64,000 nucleotides of DNA from Octopus sinensis. Taxonomy: Eukaryota. The stretch is taken from contig NC_043011.1 in assembly GCF_006345805.1 (NCBI RefSeq), forward strand, positions 57,734,464-57,798,463. Reading direction: 5' to 3'. Position numbers and translations under genes: made by a program. Below the pieces are notes generated by a model that made no database searches, was not told where the DNA came from, and saw only the letters and a list, made by a program, of their open reading frames with translations. Shown here piece after piece: positions 63,141-64,000 of the stretch (its first letter is position 1; each line of letters opens with the position of its first letter).

Positions 63141-64000
63141 AGTAATACCTGAAGGCGTATAGGTGTTGGTGGTTGTTACATTTAGCGTTATATTGAGACC
63201 TGGTGTTCGTCAATAACTAACCTCGATTGTGTTGATACCAGACTTCAATAAGTACGGATCGATTTGTCCGACTAAACCCTTCTAGGTGGTGCTCCAACAT
63301 GACCGCGGTCCAATACCTAAAACAAATTAAACATAAAAAGTCAATGTATGTCAAAATAGCGTTTGTAGTTCTGTCTGAGTGGGAGCCATATTAAGAGCGG
63401 CTGCAAAGTTTGTGCATTGTTGGAAACATGCAGCAATAATGTATTATTAACTTGTTAATCCGACAGTAAATGCAAAAGAACATTCTAGGAGAATGTTCAC
63501 CGGATTAAGACATACTTAAATAAACCGTCTCAACTTTGTTTCTCCTTGTCTTCTTCCAAAACACCGGGGAGACCTCATTAATCAAAAGGTGCCGTCTTTC
63601 TTCTCCAATTGGTTACTTAAACAAGAAATTACGACAAAGGTTGAAGAGTTGGCAACATTTAATCATCTTGGGGAGAATAAAGACCCTTATCTAGACAGTT
63701 ACTGAAATCATAAAGATAATGGCCTGGAAGCAAATTGTAGTAACACTAGTGTTAAACAAGCCATTAGTGAATAAGGAAACATGTCACGTTAGTATTTTTC
63801 GTATTTCTTTTATTCTGGTCGAATACTAAGTGGAAGACAGCCTCTGCACCTTCACCGAACTATTGTTAACAGAATAAAGTAACACATTTTCTTGGACAGC
63901 TGACATTGCCTTTTGCAGGCTATTTACAACTGAAAGCACTTTGAAATAGAAAATTTAATTAGTTTTTAGTCCACATTTAGATTGAAATAAGAATTTGAAG

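Noticed and set aside
63489-63705. Apparent long reading frame after TTCTAG
   Set aside because: On recount the frame hits TAA after ...KTPGRPH; no continuous ORF and no recognisable homology.

Overview
This window is AT-rich eukaryotic (animal) DNA made up largely of repeats, with no intact, recognisable host protein-coding gene. The three dominant tRNA-headed SINE families and the dense (TA)n/(ATCT)n/(TAA)n/(CA)n microsatellites resemble an octopod cephalopod (Octopus-like) genome; this is an inference from recalled repeat families, not a database result. Most ORF-track entries are microsatellite artefacts. Real coding remnants belong to mobile elements: a 5'-truncated Tx1/L1-clade LINE (3506-6180) sitting in an (ATCT)n array; chains of R4/Dong-like restriction-like-endonuclease (RLE) LINE fragments separated by (TAA)n arrays (19754-20975, 48430-49216); a decayed Penelope-like element (PLE, 46518-48430); CR1-like and RTE-like fragments; Tc1/mariner remnants; a complete non-autonomous Helitron; and MITEs. 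The most interesting signals are: (i) at least five type-I hammerhead-ribozyme-like folds on PLE-type modules, most ending in (TA)n; (ii) apparent partitioning of retroelement families among different microsatellite targets; (iii) a near-perfect ~530 bp palindrome; (iv) a 99-nt four-way-junction RNA-like fold; (v) recurrent head-less SINE multimers; and (vi) a speculative micro-exon gene for a small secreted Cys-rich peptide. Repeat boundaries are approximate (about +/-20 bp unless stated).
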